This document shows, piece by piece, positions 1 to 9,186 of a DNA stretch of 20,000 nt; position 1 is the stretch's first letter, and each line of letters starts with the position of its first letter. The notes below the pieces were generated by a model. That model was not told the origin of the DNA. It saw only the letters and a list, made by a program, of their open reading frames with translations, and searched no databases. The position numbers and the translations under genes are program-made. The stretch lies in the IMG/VR virus record IMGVR_UViG_3300023184_000085, one strand, 5' to 3'. The DNA is from an uncultured virus (IMG/VR IMGVR_UViG_3300023184_000085). Its lineage: Duplodnaviria; Heunggongvirae; Uroviricota; Caudoviricetes.

Positions 1-1
1 A

Positions 2-679
2 ATGTTTTTCTTGGAATGCTTCTCCAAACGAAAGTTGCAACGGAGAACCAATGTATTCAACATTCACATCTAATTTTTGACTGGCGTGATAATGACCTAA
101 AAACACATGCTTGTATCCTTTAAATATTTCCGATTTAACAACGACCATATCCCCATCATGTTCTATGACAACATCAGAAATAACATTGGTGTGTAATTTA
201 GCTCCGTCTATGGCCAAGTGACCAATGGCGTACTCTTTTTTCCCATCTAGTTCGTTTAATTTTTTTATTGAAACGATTGGGTCGTGTGTGAAGGGGATGA
301 AATCCCAATTGTGATCATCTATTTTAATTCTTTCGACTTCAGATATCACACGAATATTCGAAATATCCGAAAATGGAATCACACTGCTTATATTAGTTTT
401 TTCATTGAACCACAAATCGTGATTACCGAGCAACAAATATAAATTAAACTTTTTAGTGTTTAACCATTTTCTTATAATTTCATATGTTTTTTGATAGGCG
501 AAAATTTCTATTTTTTGTCTGTCGTGAAATAAATCGCCACCAAAAATAATATTTTTAATGTTGTTTTTTTCTGCCGTCTGAAAGACCCAATCTAAAACAT
601 TAAGACAATCATTTAATCTCTCTGTTTTTCTTTTATGGGTCGCAATATGAATGTCTGAAAAAAGAAGAACTTTGTTCAT
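2..679 (-). CDS. Mre11/SbcD-like metallophosphoesterase nuclease (T4 gp47-like), running off the left edge
   Basis: Not in the ORF track. Manual translation from ATG at 679: MNKVLLFSDIHIATH...IIFGGDLFHDR...LLLGNHD...IGHLAIDGA...FLGHYH...YIGSPLQLSFGE. This contains the DxH, GD, GNHD and GHxH motifs and the YxGSP..F.E motif of SbcD/Mre11. Confidence 0.92.
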   Translation of the reverse strand, partial: MNKVLLFSDIHIATHKRKTERLNDCLNVLDWVFQTAEKNNIKNIIFGGDLFHDRQKIEIFAYQKTYEIIRKWLNTKKFNLYLLLGNHDLWFNEKTNISSVIPFSDISNIRVISEVERIKIDDHNWDFIPFTHDPIVSIKKLNELDGKKEYAIGHLAIDGAKLHTNVISDVVIEHDGDMVVVKSEIFKGYKHVFLGHYHASQKLDVNVEYIGSPLQLSFGEAFQEKH

Positions 680-760
680 GAAATTTTATCTTTAATTGGT
701 GCTAAAAATTTAAATCATATGCATTTGTTAAATTAACATGATTAAAAATATATTTCAATA

Positions 761-1087
761 TTACTTTTGAGATTTTTTGTCACCATATTTTTTTTCTATA
801 AGTTCCCAAACATCTTTTGCTAATATTTTTGCTGCAACAGGTTTTTTAACAGGTCCAGTTGGCGCACCGCCACCACCCATAGCTGGTGGCATGCCTCCAC
901 CGCCTCCGCCCATAGCTGGTGGTGGCGCACCTCCGCCCATAGCTGGTGGTGGCGCACCTCCGCCGGGAGGCGGGGCTGCTTCTGGTGGCATACCGCCACC
1001 GGGAGGTGCTGCTCCTGCTGCTGGAGGAGGAGTAGCTTCCGTAAAAATACTACTTCGTACTTTAATAAATTCTAAAAATGTTTGCAT
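761..1087 (-). CDS. Pro/Gly-rich low-complexity protein with capsid-targeting-like N-terminus (MQTFLEFI)
   Basis: ATG preceded by TATAAATA. Charged termini flank PPAMGGGAP repeats. Same orientation as the downstream nuclease gene. Confidence 0.75.
   Translation of the reverse strand: MQTFLEFIKVRSSIFTEATPPPAAGAAPPGGGMPPEAAPPPGGGAPPPAMGGGAPPPAMGGGGGGMPPAMGGGGAPTGPVKKPVAAKILAKDVWELIEKKYGDKKSQK
903..964. repeat. 27-bp GC-rich tandem repeat, about 2.3 copies (CCTCCGCCCATAGCTGGTGGTGGCGCA), coding
   Basis: Units at 903-929 and 930-956, partial unit at 957-964, degenerate copy at about 873-890. Confidence 0.9.
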
Positions 1088-1091
1088 AATC

Positions 1092-1099
1092 TATTTATA
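1092..1099 (-). promoter_or_regulatory. T4-late-type promoter TATAAATA
   Basis: Exact TATAAATA on the minus strand, 4 nt upstream of the ATG at 1087. Confidence 0.65.
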
Positions 1100-1142
1100 T
1101 GAGATATTTATTTTTTTTTTAGTAATAATGACTATATAATAA

Positions 1143-1280
1143 ACCTATAGGATGAATATTGTTTCTCCTCGAAAATGTGTGTTGGTACTTACCCAATCAA
1201 AACCACACATAATTTTTATGAGGAATATAAGGTGTAGCCTTGGTAGCTAAAAAATTATTAAGCTACCAAGGCTCTTTTTA
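1143..1280 (+). ncRNA. Candidate small structured RNA
   Basis: TATATA at 1133-1138. Nested stems 1166-1170/1220-1224, 1175-1181/1204-1210 and 1182-1185/1193-1196, followed by a strong terminator. No convincing ORF. Confidence 0.4.
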
Positions 1281-1283
1281 TTT
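1236..1283 (+). terminator. Rho-independent terminator
   Basis: Perfect 13-bp stem AGCCTTGGTAGCT (1236-1248) / AGCTACCAAGGCT (1261-1273) followed by CTTTTTATTT. Confidence 0.8.
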
Positions 1284-1315
1284 AAAAATTTGATAACTAA
1301 ACATTAAATACAAAT

Positions 1316-1786
1316 ATGATTAAATTTTCAGAATATATAAATTTGAAAGAACAAGAAGGCGTAGACTCTACATTCGTCAACAATGTGGACTCAAACACTG
1401 TAAAATCGCCTATTCCACAACGATCAATCACTCAGCAACAATCAATCGATCAGCAACGATTAATACAGACTGGCGAAAAATGGAGCATGAGTAAAGAAGA
1501 AGTCATGAAACTTTGGCAAAGAATTCCTCTCGGAACGCCAATCGCAATGAAACCAGTAGATAGTGACCACAAAGGATCAACCTTTAGCGAAGACGCTATT
1601 CGTATCACTGGCAGCAAAGAATTTATAGAATCTGTAATTTCTAGGCTAAAAGAATTTTTAAAATACGAAAGCGAAACCACAAAATTAAATATTTCTTATA
1701 GAGAAACCTCTTCTCCAAGTCTCGAAGAAGAAGGTATGGGTAAAAAATCTTATGTATTTTACATACAAAGCAAAACACGAGGATAA
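1316..1786 (+). CDS. Hypothetical protein with capsid-targeting-like N-terminus (MIKFSEYINLKE)
   Basis: 156-aa ORF with TAAATA 5 nt upstream of the ATG. Directly abuts the next ORF. Confidence 0.8.
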   Translation: MIKFSEYINLKEQEGVDSTFVNNVDSNTVKSPIPQRSITQQQSIDQQRLIQTGEKWSMSKEEVMKLWQRIPLGTPIAMKPVDSDHKGSTFSEDAIRITGSKEFIESVISRLKEFLKYESETTKLNISYRETSSPSLEEEGMGKKSYVFYIQSKTRG

Positions 1787-2053
1787 ATGGCAGATAATAA
1801 AAAAGATAATAAAAAAGATAATAAAAAAGATAATAAAAAAGTAGATTCTGGAATAAAAAGTGCAATTGTTGACATAGCAAACAATTTATCCAAGGTATTC
1901 AAAAAATACACAAGACACACAAGAGAAAAAGCATGGAAGGTCTTGCTAGACACAGAAGCGGAAAAAGAAATGAAAAAACTATTGCAAGATCCAAGCAGAC
2001 CACTTAACATGTTCTCTAAGTTAAATTTCAAGGAATGGTTATCACAAGGCTAA
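1787..2053 (+). CDS. Hypothetical basic protein with (DNKK)4 N-terminal repeat
   Basis: 88-aa ORF starting immediately after the previous stop (TAAATG), with GAGG upstream. Confidence 0.75.
   Translation: MADNKKDNKKDNKKDNKKVDSGIKSAIVDIANNLSKVFKKYTRHTREKAWKVLLDTEAEKEMKKLLQDPSRPLNMFSKLNFKEWLSQG
1793..1840. repeat. Perfect 12-bp tandem repeat x4 (GATAATAAAAAA), coding DNKK
   Basis: Units start at 1793, 1805, 1817 and 1829. Confidence 0.95.
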
Positions 2054-2069
2054 CGCTAGGAAGCGAAAA

Positions 2070-3146
2070 ATGCTTTCATCAGAACAACAAAGTGCAATAG
2101 ATCATCTTTTTCACAATCATCAAAAACAACAAGTGCAAACTCTTGGTGGATATGCCGGAACTGGCAAGACCACCATTATCAGCAATCTTGTCGATAAATA
2201 CGAAGAAGCTGGAATAAGACCAATCGTTCTTGCGTATACAGGAAAAGCAGTAAATGTTTTAAAAAACAAAGAAGTACCATGTCAAACAATTCATAGCCTA
2301 CTTTATACTCCGATGATTGATATAGAAGGTAATGTTGAAGGATGGATGCCAGTATGCAGCTATAATATAACAAAAAATTGCGACATTATAATCGTAGATG
2401 AATCCTCTATGGTCGATTCTGTGATCTATAACGACTTAAAAAACACAGGACTGCCTTTGATATTTGTTGGAGATCATGGTCAATTAGAACCAATTAGCAA
2501 TACTAATGATTTTAATTTAATGCGTGATCCAGATTTAAAATTAGAAGAAATACATAGAAATTCTGGAGAAATAGCTCACTTTGCTGAACATCTAAGAAAA
2601 GGTAAATCGCCAGCATCTTTCCCTAGTAGCAGTCGAGTTCAAATCGTAACTTGTTCAGCCGTTAAACCAAAGCATTACGCAGATTACGATCAAGTAATAT
2701 GTCTTTATAATAAAACTAGAACAAAAATAAATATCACAGTAAGAGAATATAAGAAAATTCATTTTTCATATATTGCGATTGGTGAAAAAATAATATGCCT
2801 AAAAAACAATCATCTTGAAGGACTATTCAATGGAATGCAAGGAATAGTAACAAAAGTTCATAAAAATGAAAAACTATCTTTTACATCTAACAATGTAAAT
2901 TACAAAAATGTACCATACGATCCTGATCAGTTTGGAAAAGAAAAAAATGATTTCAGAAAAGAAAGAAGCACTAAAAATCCTTTCGATTACGCATACGCAA
3001 TAACATGTCACAAAGCCCAAGGAGATGAATGGGATGATATAATTGTATATGAAGAAGTAAATAATTTTTGCGATACATCCCGCTGGCGATATACAGCTGC
3101 TAGTCGTGCCAGAAATAGCATCATTTGGATTCCAACTTTATTTTAA
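2070..3146 (+). CDS. SF1B 5'-3' DNA helicase, Dda/RecD-like
   Basis: Walker A GYAGTGKT, LAYTGKA, TIHSLLY, DESSMV, GDHGQLEP, YAITCHKAQG and YTAASRA. Confidence 0.92.
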   Translation: MLSSEQQSAIDHLFHNHQKQQVQTLGGYAGTGKTTIISNLVDKYEEAGIRPIVLAYTGKAVNVLKNKEVPCQTIHSLLYTPMIDIEGNVEGWMPVCSYNITKNCDIIIVDESSMVDSVIYNDLKNTGLPLIFVGDHGQLEPISNTNDFNLMRDPDLKLEEIHRNSGEIAHFAEHLRKGKSPASFPSSSRVQIVTCSAVKPKHYADYDQVICLYNKTRTKINITVREYKKIHFSYIAIGEKIICLKNNHLEGLFNGMQGIVTKVHKNEKLSFTSNNVNYKNVPYDPDQFGKEKNDFRKERSTKNPFDYAYAITCHKAQGDEWDDIIVYEEVNNFCDTSRWRYTAASRARNSIIWIPTLF

Positions 3147-3167
3147 TTTTGATCAATATATAATTAT

Positions 3168-4007
3168 ATGTTAAGTATATTTGTAATATATTCTGTAGAC
3201 AGAATAGAACAGTTTGAAATATTCTATGAATGTTTACAAGAAATGCCGGGATACGAAGATTGTCAAAAAATATTAATTGTAGACGGCAAAGAAACTAATG
3301 TTTATCCAGAAGATTTTGAAATATTTTTCTGCGAAAGACCAAACAAACATTTTAATTGGGCAGCAGCTTGGAATCTTGGGGTCGAAAAATCAGCATACGA
3401 AAAAATATGGTATCTAGATTCTGACAGAATATTGCCAATACATTATTTGCAAACATTACAACGAAAAATAAAAGATAATACTTTTATTTATTCTTCTCAA
3501 ATAGTCGCTATGAAACAACATTGTTCTATAGATTTCATAAAAGAATGCCGACAAAATCCATATCTTCATTGGGATTCATATGCAGAAGATTATAGACTTC
3601 CATGTCCTCCGAACATGGAATTTCTAAGCATGGGTAAAAATCCAATGAGTGGAAACACTGGTTTCACCAAAACAAGTTATTATAAATCAGGAGGATTGAG
3701 TCTTGCGTTTGAAGGACCAGCCTTGGCTGATACAGATTATTATTATAAAACTTATTTAAAAAGATTCGATTTTGAAACTATACCATGTTTAGAATTACAC
3801 TTGAAACATAATTATTCGATTTCAGGCAAAGAACGTGATATTATGTATATGTACAATGCGATTAAAATATGCAAAAAATACAATTTAAAGCCAAGCGTAA
3901 AACTACAAGAAAGAATTAAAAACAACAACATAGACATTAGTTTTGCTAAATACGATATTGATAAATTTTTAGAACTGTGTCAAAACAACAAAATAAAATC
4001 ATTTTAA
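3168..4007 (+). CDS. GT-A fold glycosyltransferase (GT2/GT7C-like)
   Basis: AAAWNLGV..S, DxD motif YLDSDRILP, SGN...GG...F.G...D.D and HLKH. Confidence 0.75.
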   Translation: MLSIFVIYSVDRIEQFEIFYECLQEMPGYEDCQKILIVDGKETNVYPEDFEIFFCERPNKHFNWAAAWNLGVEKSAYEKIWYLDSDRILPIHYLQTLQRKIKDNTFIYSSQIVAMKQHCSIDFIKECRQNPYLHWDSYAEDYRLPCPPNMEFLSMGKNPMSGNTGFTKTSYYKSGGLSLAFEGPALADTDYYYKTYLKRFDFETIPCLELHLKHNYSISGKERDIMYMYNAIKICKKYNLKPSVKLQERIKNNNIDISFAKYDIDKFLELCQNNKIKSF

Positions 4008-5452
4008 ACAATCAAAGCCTCATCCAAAGTCACTTCTTTAATAATATGACCTTGATCTTTTAAAATTTTAATGCGTTTTTTGCTATGTTCTAATAAATAA
4101 GGATTTATATCAAATATGAAATCAAAATACTTTAAGTCTTCTTTATCTGAAGACACTCTCAATCCACGACCCATACGCTGTATGATTTGATGATCGGCTT
4201 GTCCACCAGCCGCATTAATCAATTGATGTAAAAAAACATTAATTCCGGTATTAAATATTTGTTGAGTCGCAATAGCTATTAAATTTTCCTTACTATGTTG
4301 CAATTCTTTTATTACAAATTTCCTCGTTGCCGAATCGTCTTTTCCTTGAACCCATAAAGAGTTTGGAATTATTTTATGTAATGTATCTCCGTGTGCGATT
4401 CTATCCACCAAAATCAAAGTTCTTCCTTTTTGTCTTATTGCTATTTCTTTAACCATATCATGAAACTCGTTGTTTTCCGCTATGCCTCTGGTTACAGCAT
4501 CGATATAAATATCGTGTGGCAAATCAGGCGATTTGACTGGTATAAAATAACCTTTTGATGCAGATAATATACCTCTGTTTTGTAATTCTTTAGTGGTTAG
4601 AATTCCAGACTCTACAGAATTTGTTTTAAGTACTGGACCAAAAAATCCTTTCACACCATACTTTTGTACCTTGTCTTTTTCTCCAAATTTGAATGGAGTG
4701 GCACTCAATGCAACTCTTATATCAGTTCCTTTTAACTTCTTGTAAACAGATTTAGGACCCGATGACATCATGTCGTGTATTTCATCGACTATAAGAACCT
4801 TTATTTTCGGCAAAAGATTTTCAATTTTTGAAATCGATTGAACACTTGCAACAGTTATTATGTTGGGATTTACTTCTTTTCCCCATAGACAGCCAACATT
4901 GGGTATGTCCCAGCTTTTAATTTCTTCGTAGTTTTGTGATGCCAATCCAACTCTGTTTTGCAAAACCAATATAGGAGTATTAGGTGGCAATGATTTTATT
5001 ATACTCACCATAATAAAACTTTTACCAGCAGATGTAGGAGCGTAAATAACTCCTCTCTTGTGTTTTATAATTTGATTCACAAAATCAACTTGATAGTCAT
5101 GCAATTCGAGACTTGGATTTTTAAATTTAAGATAATCTTTGTCTATGCTTTCAACCGCAAATTTAGTTTTAGCTCTTTTATCGTTGTATGATATTTTAAG
5201 ATTATGATGTTTTATCACCAAGATTACTTCTGGCAATAATCCAGTCAAAAATTTACCGCTAGTCTTATTGAAAAAATCAATGTATCCATCCCATAACTTT
5301 TGTTTGTATCTTCTATTGTGGAAATAATTTCTATCTCTAAATCTAAGACTTTGCCATAAAATATTTAGAATGTCTTGATTGGTGGTGGTACAAATAGAAA
5401 CATCGTTGTTTATGGTCAAAACAACATCGTGATCTTCCAGACTATTCGACAT
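4004..5452 (-). CDS. uvsW: SF2 DNA helicase, UvsW-like
   Basis: LHDYQ, APTSAGKS, DEIH, SATP, TGIN and QRMGRGLR. N-terminal 'WDGYIDFF...TGLL' segment typical of UvsW. Confidence 0.88.
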   Translation of the reverse strand: MSNSLEDHDVVLTINNDVSICTTTNQDILNILWQSLRFRDRNYFHNRRYKQKLWDGYIDFFNKTSGKFLTGLLPEVILVIKHHNLKISYNDKRAKTKFAVESIDKDYLKFKNPSLELHDYQVDFVNQIIKHKRGVIYAPTSAGKSFIMVSIIKSLPPNTPILVLQNRVGLASQNYEEIKSWDIPNVGCLWGKEVNPNIITVASVQSISKIENLLPKIKVLIVDEIHDMMSSGPKSVYKKLKGTDIRVALSATPFKFGEKDKVQKYGVKGFFGPVLKTNSVESGILTTKELQNRGILSASKGYFIPVKSPDLPHDIYIDAVTRGIAENNEFHDMVKEIAIRQKGRTLILVDRIAHGDTLHKIIPNSLWVQGKDDSATRKFVIKELQHSKENLIAIATQQIFNTGINVFLHQLINAAGGQADHQIIQRMGRGLRVSSDKEDLKYFDFIFDINPYLLEHSKKRIKILKDQGHIIKEVTLDEALIV

Positions 5453-5467
5453 TTTGGTTTCTCTAAT

Positions 5468-6061
5468 TTAAAAATGTATTTTGTATTTACGCCTAATCAG
5501 CTTTATTACTTGTATAGCATCATCCACAGCATTATGCGTTACCTTTTCCTTGATGGAAGCTCTATCCAGACATGTTTCCATGTTGGGCAAATGATTGTCT
5601 TTTAAATGATCAAAATATAGTATAGCAGGATCTATCACCCTAGATCGAAACGAAATGTTAGACCAATCATTTTTTTGTATTTTTTCTTGCAAGAACATTA
5701 AATCAAATGTTGCGAAGTTTTTACCAGCAACATTTAAGTATATTTTCTCATTATCATCGTTGTAACCGTTTACGAAAAGAAAATTACTCAATCTTGTGAA
5801 CAATTCTTCTGGATAACAGATGTAAGGCGAATTATTTTCGACTTTGTTCGAAATGTCTAATAATATATTTCTACTATGTATCTTAATCGCTTTAGGATCG
5901 ACACAATAAGGTTCTTTTTTATTTAAATGATAATGAAAAACTGGTAAGTCTTTTATTGGCAAAGGATTCTTCAAATCATCAAGAACTGCTGCAAATTCTA
6001 AAATATCATGATTCTTAGGATCTAATCCGCTTGTTTCAATATCTATAGATGCGTATTTCAT
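5468..6061 (-). CDS. DEDDh 3'-5' exonuclease (DnaQ/oligoribonuclease-like)
   Basis: ExoI IDIETSGL, ExoII GKNFATFD, RVIDP and ExoIII HNAVDD. The start is more likely the ATG at 6061 (AAGGA upstream) than the TTG at 6100. Confidence 0.88.
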   Translation of the reverse strand: MKYASIDIETSGLDPKNHDILEFAAVLDDLKNPLPIKDLPVFHYHLNKKEPYCVDPKAIKIHSRNILLDISNKVENNSPYICYPEELFTRLSNFLFVNGYNDDNEKIYLNVAGKNFATFDLMFLQEKIQKNDWSNISFRSRVIDPAILYFDHLKDNHLPNMETCLDRASIKEKVTHNAVDDAIQVIKLIRRKYKIHF

Positions 6062-6109
6062 CGTGACTTCCTTATCTTGTTGGGCTGTAATAACGAACAA
6101 AAATTACGA

Positions 6110-6259
6110 TCAAATGTCGTCACATGATTTTTCTTCATTGTTATCGCCTTGTTCTATTTTCTTTTTTCTTTCAGATAACAATTGACAAAGCTCTTGATAT
6201 AAAGAAGGATCTTCCATTTGTATACTGGCCAAAATCCAATCTGATATGTTAGGACTCAT
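6110..6259 (-). CDS. Small hypothetical protein, 49 aa (MSPNISDWILASIQMEDPSLYQELCQLLSERKKKIEQGDNNEEKSCDDI)
   Basis: Manual translation; below the ORF-track cut-off. GGAG SD upstream of the ATG. Fills the gap and is co-oriented with the exonuclease. Confidence 0.6.
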   Translation of the reverse strand: MSPNISDWILASIQMEDPSLYQELCQLLSERKKKIEQGDNNEEKSCDDI

Positions 6260-6323
6260 GTTGACTCCAATTATTAAAAGATCAGAGTACCTTAGAATTC
6301 AAAAAAGTAAATGCGAGAATTAA

Positions 6324-7007
6324 ATGAATTTCCCTTCATTCGATGAAACTTCTATCTTGATAAAAACTCCTTTTTTTAAGATAGAACCAAAAATAATAGA
6401 AAACAACATTCCAAAAAAAATACATCAATTGTGGATAGGAAGCAAAAAACCACCTTTAGATTGGATGCACACATGGAAAATAAAAAATCCTGATTACGAA
6501 TACATTCTTTGGGATGAAGAAAAAATCGAAAAAGAAAATTTTCACAATCAAAGTCTTATCGACAAGATGCCAGAACTTAATGGTAAAGCAGATATAATGA
6601 GATATGAAATTTTGTATAAATATGGAGGATTTTTCATTGATGCGGACAGCGAATGTTTGAGGCCATTAAGCGACGAACTAAGAAACTATGAATTCCTTTC
6701 TTGTTATGAAAACGAAAAAATAAGAGGAGGAGTAGTCTCGTGTGCTATTTTAGGTTGTGCTTCTAATAATCAACTTATGGAAAACTGCATATCAAATCTC
6801 GAAGAACTAAACTTACCTATATCGCCAGCATGGTGGTATGTTGGTCCAATTTTTTTAACTTATGTGATCCATAAGTACAAATACAAAAACATAAACATAT
6901 TGCCATCTTACACATTTATACCATTTCATTATTCTGGAATGAAGTATTCTGGAGAATTTCTACCATTTGCAGATCAAAAATGGGCAACTACTTTGAATTT
7001 ATATTGA
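6324..7007 (+). CDS. Glycosyltransferase, GT32/OCH1-like (DxD sugar-binding)
   Basis: IPKKIHQLWIG, ADIMRYEILYKYGGFFIDAD and VGP.FLT. Confidence 0.9.
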   Translation: MNFPSFDETSILIKTPFFKIEPKIIENNIPKKIHQLWIGSKKPPLDWMHTWKIKNPDYEYILWDEEKIEKENFHNQSLIDKMPELNGKADIMRYEILYKYGGFFIDADSECLRPLSDELRNYEFLSCYENEKIRGGVVSCAILGCASNNQLMENCISNLEELNLPISPAWWYVGPIFLTYVIHKYKYKNINILPSYTFIPFHYSGMKYSGEFLPFADQKWATTLNLY

Positions 7008-7910
7008 TTTAGATTGACAGAATTCCCATGCTAATTTTTCGCAAAAATCTGTAAGATTCAAAAACGAATCCCTGTCTTTTATTAAATCATTGTATTTTAA
7101 AATTACATCATTAAACACAGGATCACAAATCAAATCATATTTTGAATCTTTGTGATCGTATGTGTATCCAGCAGCTGTGTCTTGCAAATCTTTATAAGTA
7201 ATTTCTTTTTTATTCTTAATCATATCAAATATTTTTTTCCAATGCGACCATTCTGGTTTTAAATTTTTATTATATGGATTTGCTAATTTAGACAGCCATC
7301 CGATTAAATACTTAGATTTCATCTGATTTATTGTTCTTATAGGAAAATGACATATTTTAATGTGTTTTGTGGTGTTTCTATTGATGTATTCGTTTTTCCC
7401 GTAATGAACTTCATGTTGACCTTCGACATAATACAATCCTTCACATGATTTAAATATGTTTCTATGGACAATAGCTTTAAGTTGATTTAAATTTATTGCT
7501 TTTGTTCTATGTGTTATTGTATTTAATATGTTTTTATCATTAGTCTCTATAGTGGGAACATAATTATACCAACACGCCATTAACAATTTATTGTCTTCAA
7601 ACACTATATCTTCTAAGTTTTTATCAAAAACAATAAATTCGTCCGCATCTAAAAATACAAACCAATCAGCGATTTCTTTGTATTCATTCAGTATTTTTGT
7701 GGATATTTGCGATTGAATGTGCCAAACGGATTTTTCATCAATTACATCAAGTTTTTTATATTCAGTTTGTAATTTTTTTAAAATCTTTCTTGTATTATCA
7801 GAACTATCGTGTTCGACAATTATTATTTTGTCGAAGTATACAGCGTGGTAACGCACGAATGTTTCGATGATATCTTCTTCATTTTTAACAATTGATGCTA
7901 TTATCTTCAT
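6999..7910 (-). CDS. Glycosyltransferase family 2-like
   Basis: IVKNEEDIIETFVRYH, HDSSDNT, WFVFLDADEF and HFPIRT. Confidence 0.88.
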   Translation of the reverse strand: MKIIASIVKNEEDIIETFVRYHAVYFDKIIIVEHDSSDNTRKILKKLQTEYKKLDVIDEKSVWHIQSQISTKILNEYKEIADWFVFLDADEFIVFDKNLEDIVFEDNKLLMACWYNYVPTIETNDKNILNTITHRTKAINLNQLKAIVHRNIFKSCEGLYYVEGQHEVHYGKNEYINRNTTKHIKICHFPIRTINQMKSKYLIGWLSKLANPYNKNLKPEWSHWKKIFDMIKNKKEITYKDLQDTAAGYTYDHKDSKYDLICDPVFNDVILKYNDLIKDRDSFLNLTDFCEKLAWEFCQSKSI

Positions 7911-8868
7911 GTGAATCGATTAGGAATTTACCCCATTGTTGTGACATGTATTTTGAATCCCATGATTTAATTTCATCGACAATACCATGATGCATTAATT
8001 GAAGTTTCTTTTTATCGCTTTTTAATTCTAATATTTTACCGACACATGAGTCAACATTTCTTTCGATAATATTACAATTACGAAAATAATTACTGTAACC
8101 AACATCGGTACACACAGGAACACATCCGCAAGCAGATGCTTCCAATAATGTACACGGACCTCCTTCCGATTTGGATAGACACAAAAAAACTTTGCATTCA
8201 TTGTAAATTTCATTCATATCTTTTAATGTTCTTTTGTTGTTGAAAGAATCGACATATATTTCTGCGAAATAAATATCTTTATATTTCGATAACTTGTTTT
8301 TTACTTGCTGTAAAATAGAATAACCCTTGTGTTCTAATCGCATCACACTTGATGAAAAAAATACAATAAAATCTCTTTGATCAAATGGTTTTTCTATAAA
8401 GAAAGTACTTAAATCAACGCCATCGTATGTAAGGTGTATATTTTCGAATCCGCTTTTAATCATAATTTCGTAGACATATGGATTGTTTACTGAAACACAA
8501 TTAAATGCTGATATCCTATCTTTTTTAATCATAATTTCATAAGGAGATAATACTTCGTTTATAGTAAGTACAACTTTTGTTCCTTTAAAGTTATGATGCT
8601 TTACAAAACTGACTAAATCTTTAGTTTCAGCAAAATACTGTTCATGCAAATGATGAATAATATCGTAATGTTTTTTTTCTACTTGATCGATCCAATTTAA
8701 ATTTGCGAAACCTATATCGATATCGAATTGTGGAAGATGCTTCTTATAATCTATTCCTTTAAAATGAAAACTCCAATTTGGTGTGTCTGCCAAATACAAA
8801 ACATTTATTTTATTATTTGTACAGTCGAGATTCGGTATTACAATTTTAGGTAATTTATTTAGTTTCAT
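7885..8868 (-). CDS. GT-B glycosyltransferase, family 4
   Basis: DGVD...F, HKG and the EX7E motif SEGGPCTLLEASACGCVPVCTDVG. Confidence 0.9.
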   Translation of the reverse strand: MKLNKLPKIVIPNLDCTNNKINVLYLADTPNWSFHFKGIDYKKHLPQFDIDIGFANLNWIDQVEKKHYDIIHHLHEQYFAETKDLVSFVKHHNFKGTKVVLTINEVLSPYEIMIKKDRISAFNCVSVNNPYVYEIMIKSGFENIHLTYDGVDLSTFFIEKPFDQRDFIVFFSSSVMRLEHKGYSILQQVKNKLSKYKDIYFAEIYVDSFNNKRTLKDMNEIYNECKVFLCLSKSEGGPCTLLEASACGCVPVCTDVGYSNYFRNCNIIERNVDSCVGKILELKSDKKKLQLMHHGIVDEIKSWDSKYMSQQWGKFLIDSHEDNSINC

Positions 8869-9154
8869 TATGTGACAACACTCTAACTATATCGCCAACA
8901 GTAGAAAAGTCTTTATTGTCTATAATATCAATCATGGCATCAATTGTGTCTTGATTTAAATCAGAAATGTCTCCTAAACCTAATATTTTTTTCTTAAGAC
9001 TTTCTTTTGTATAGCCAGATTCTTTCAAACTTTTAACACTAGTAGACATGCCATCCTTGTTGCCCTCTAAGTTTAAAAACTTTAACAACAAGTTCTTATA
9101 ATGATCAAAACCATGTCTTTCTTCTAGCCATAATTTAAAATTTGATTTGTTCAT
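8855..9154 (-). CDS. Hypothetical protein with capsid-targeting-like N-terminus (MNKSNFKLWLEE)
   Basis: 99-aa ORF with AAGGA SD. Overlaps the GT4 start. Confidence 0.75.
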   Translation of the reverse strand: MNKSNFKLWLEERHGFDHYKNLLLKFLNLEGNKDGMSTSVKSLKESGYTKESLKKKILGLGDISDLNQDTIDAMIDIIDNKDFSTVGDIVRVLSHNETK

Positions 9155-9186
9155 TTTGTTCCTTGGTAGCTCTATATAAGATAGAT

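Noticed and set aside
777..1139. + strand 120-aa Pro/Gly ORF
   Set aside because: Antisense shadow of the GC-rich repeat gene. The minus-strand ORF has the promoter and the leader motif.
6190..6215. DPSLYQEL in the 49-aa ORF resembling RDPELYDEL of the duplicated leader
   Set aside because: Too short to establish homology, and the aromatic leader pattern is not in register.
8855..9154. Acyl carrier protein (C-terminal TVGDIV)
   Set aside because: No DSL phosphopantetheine-attachment motif.
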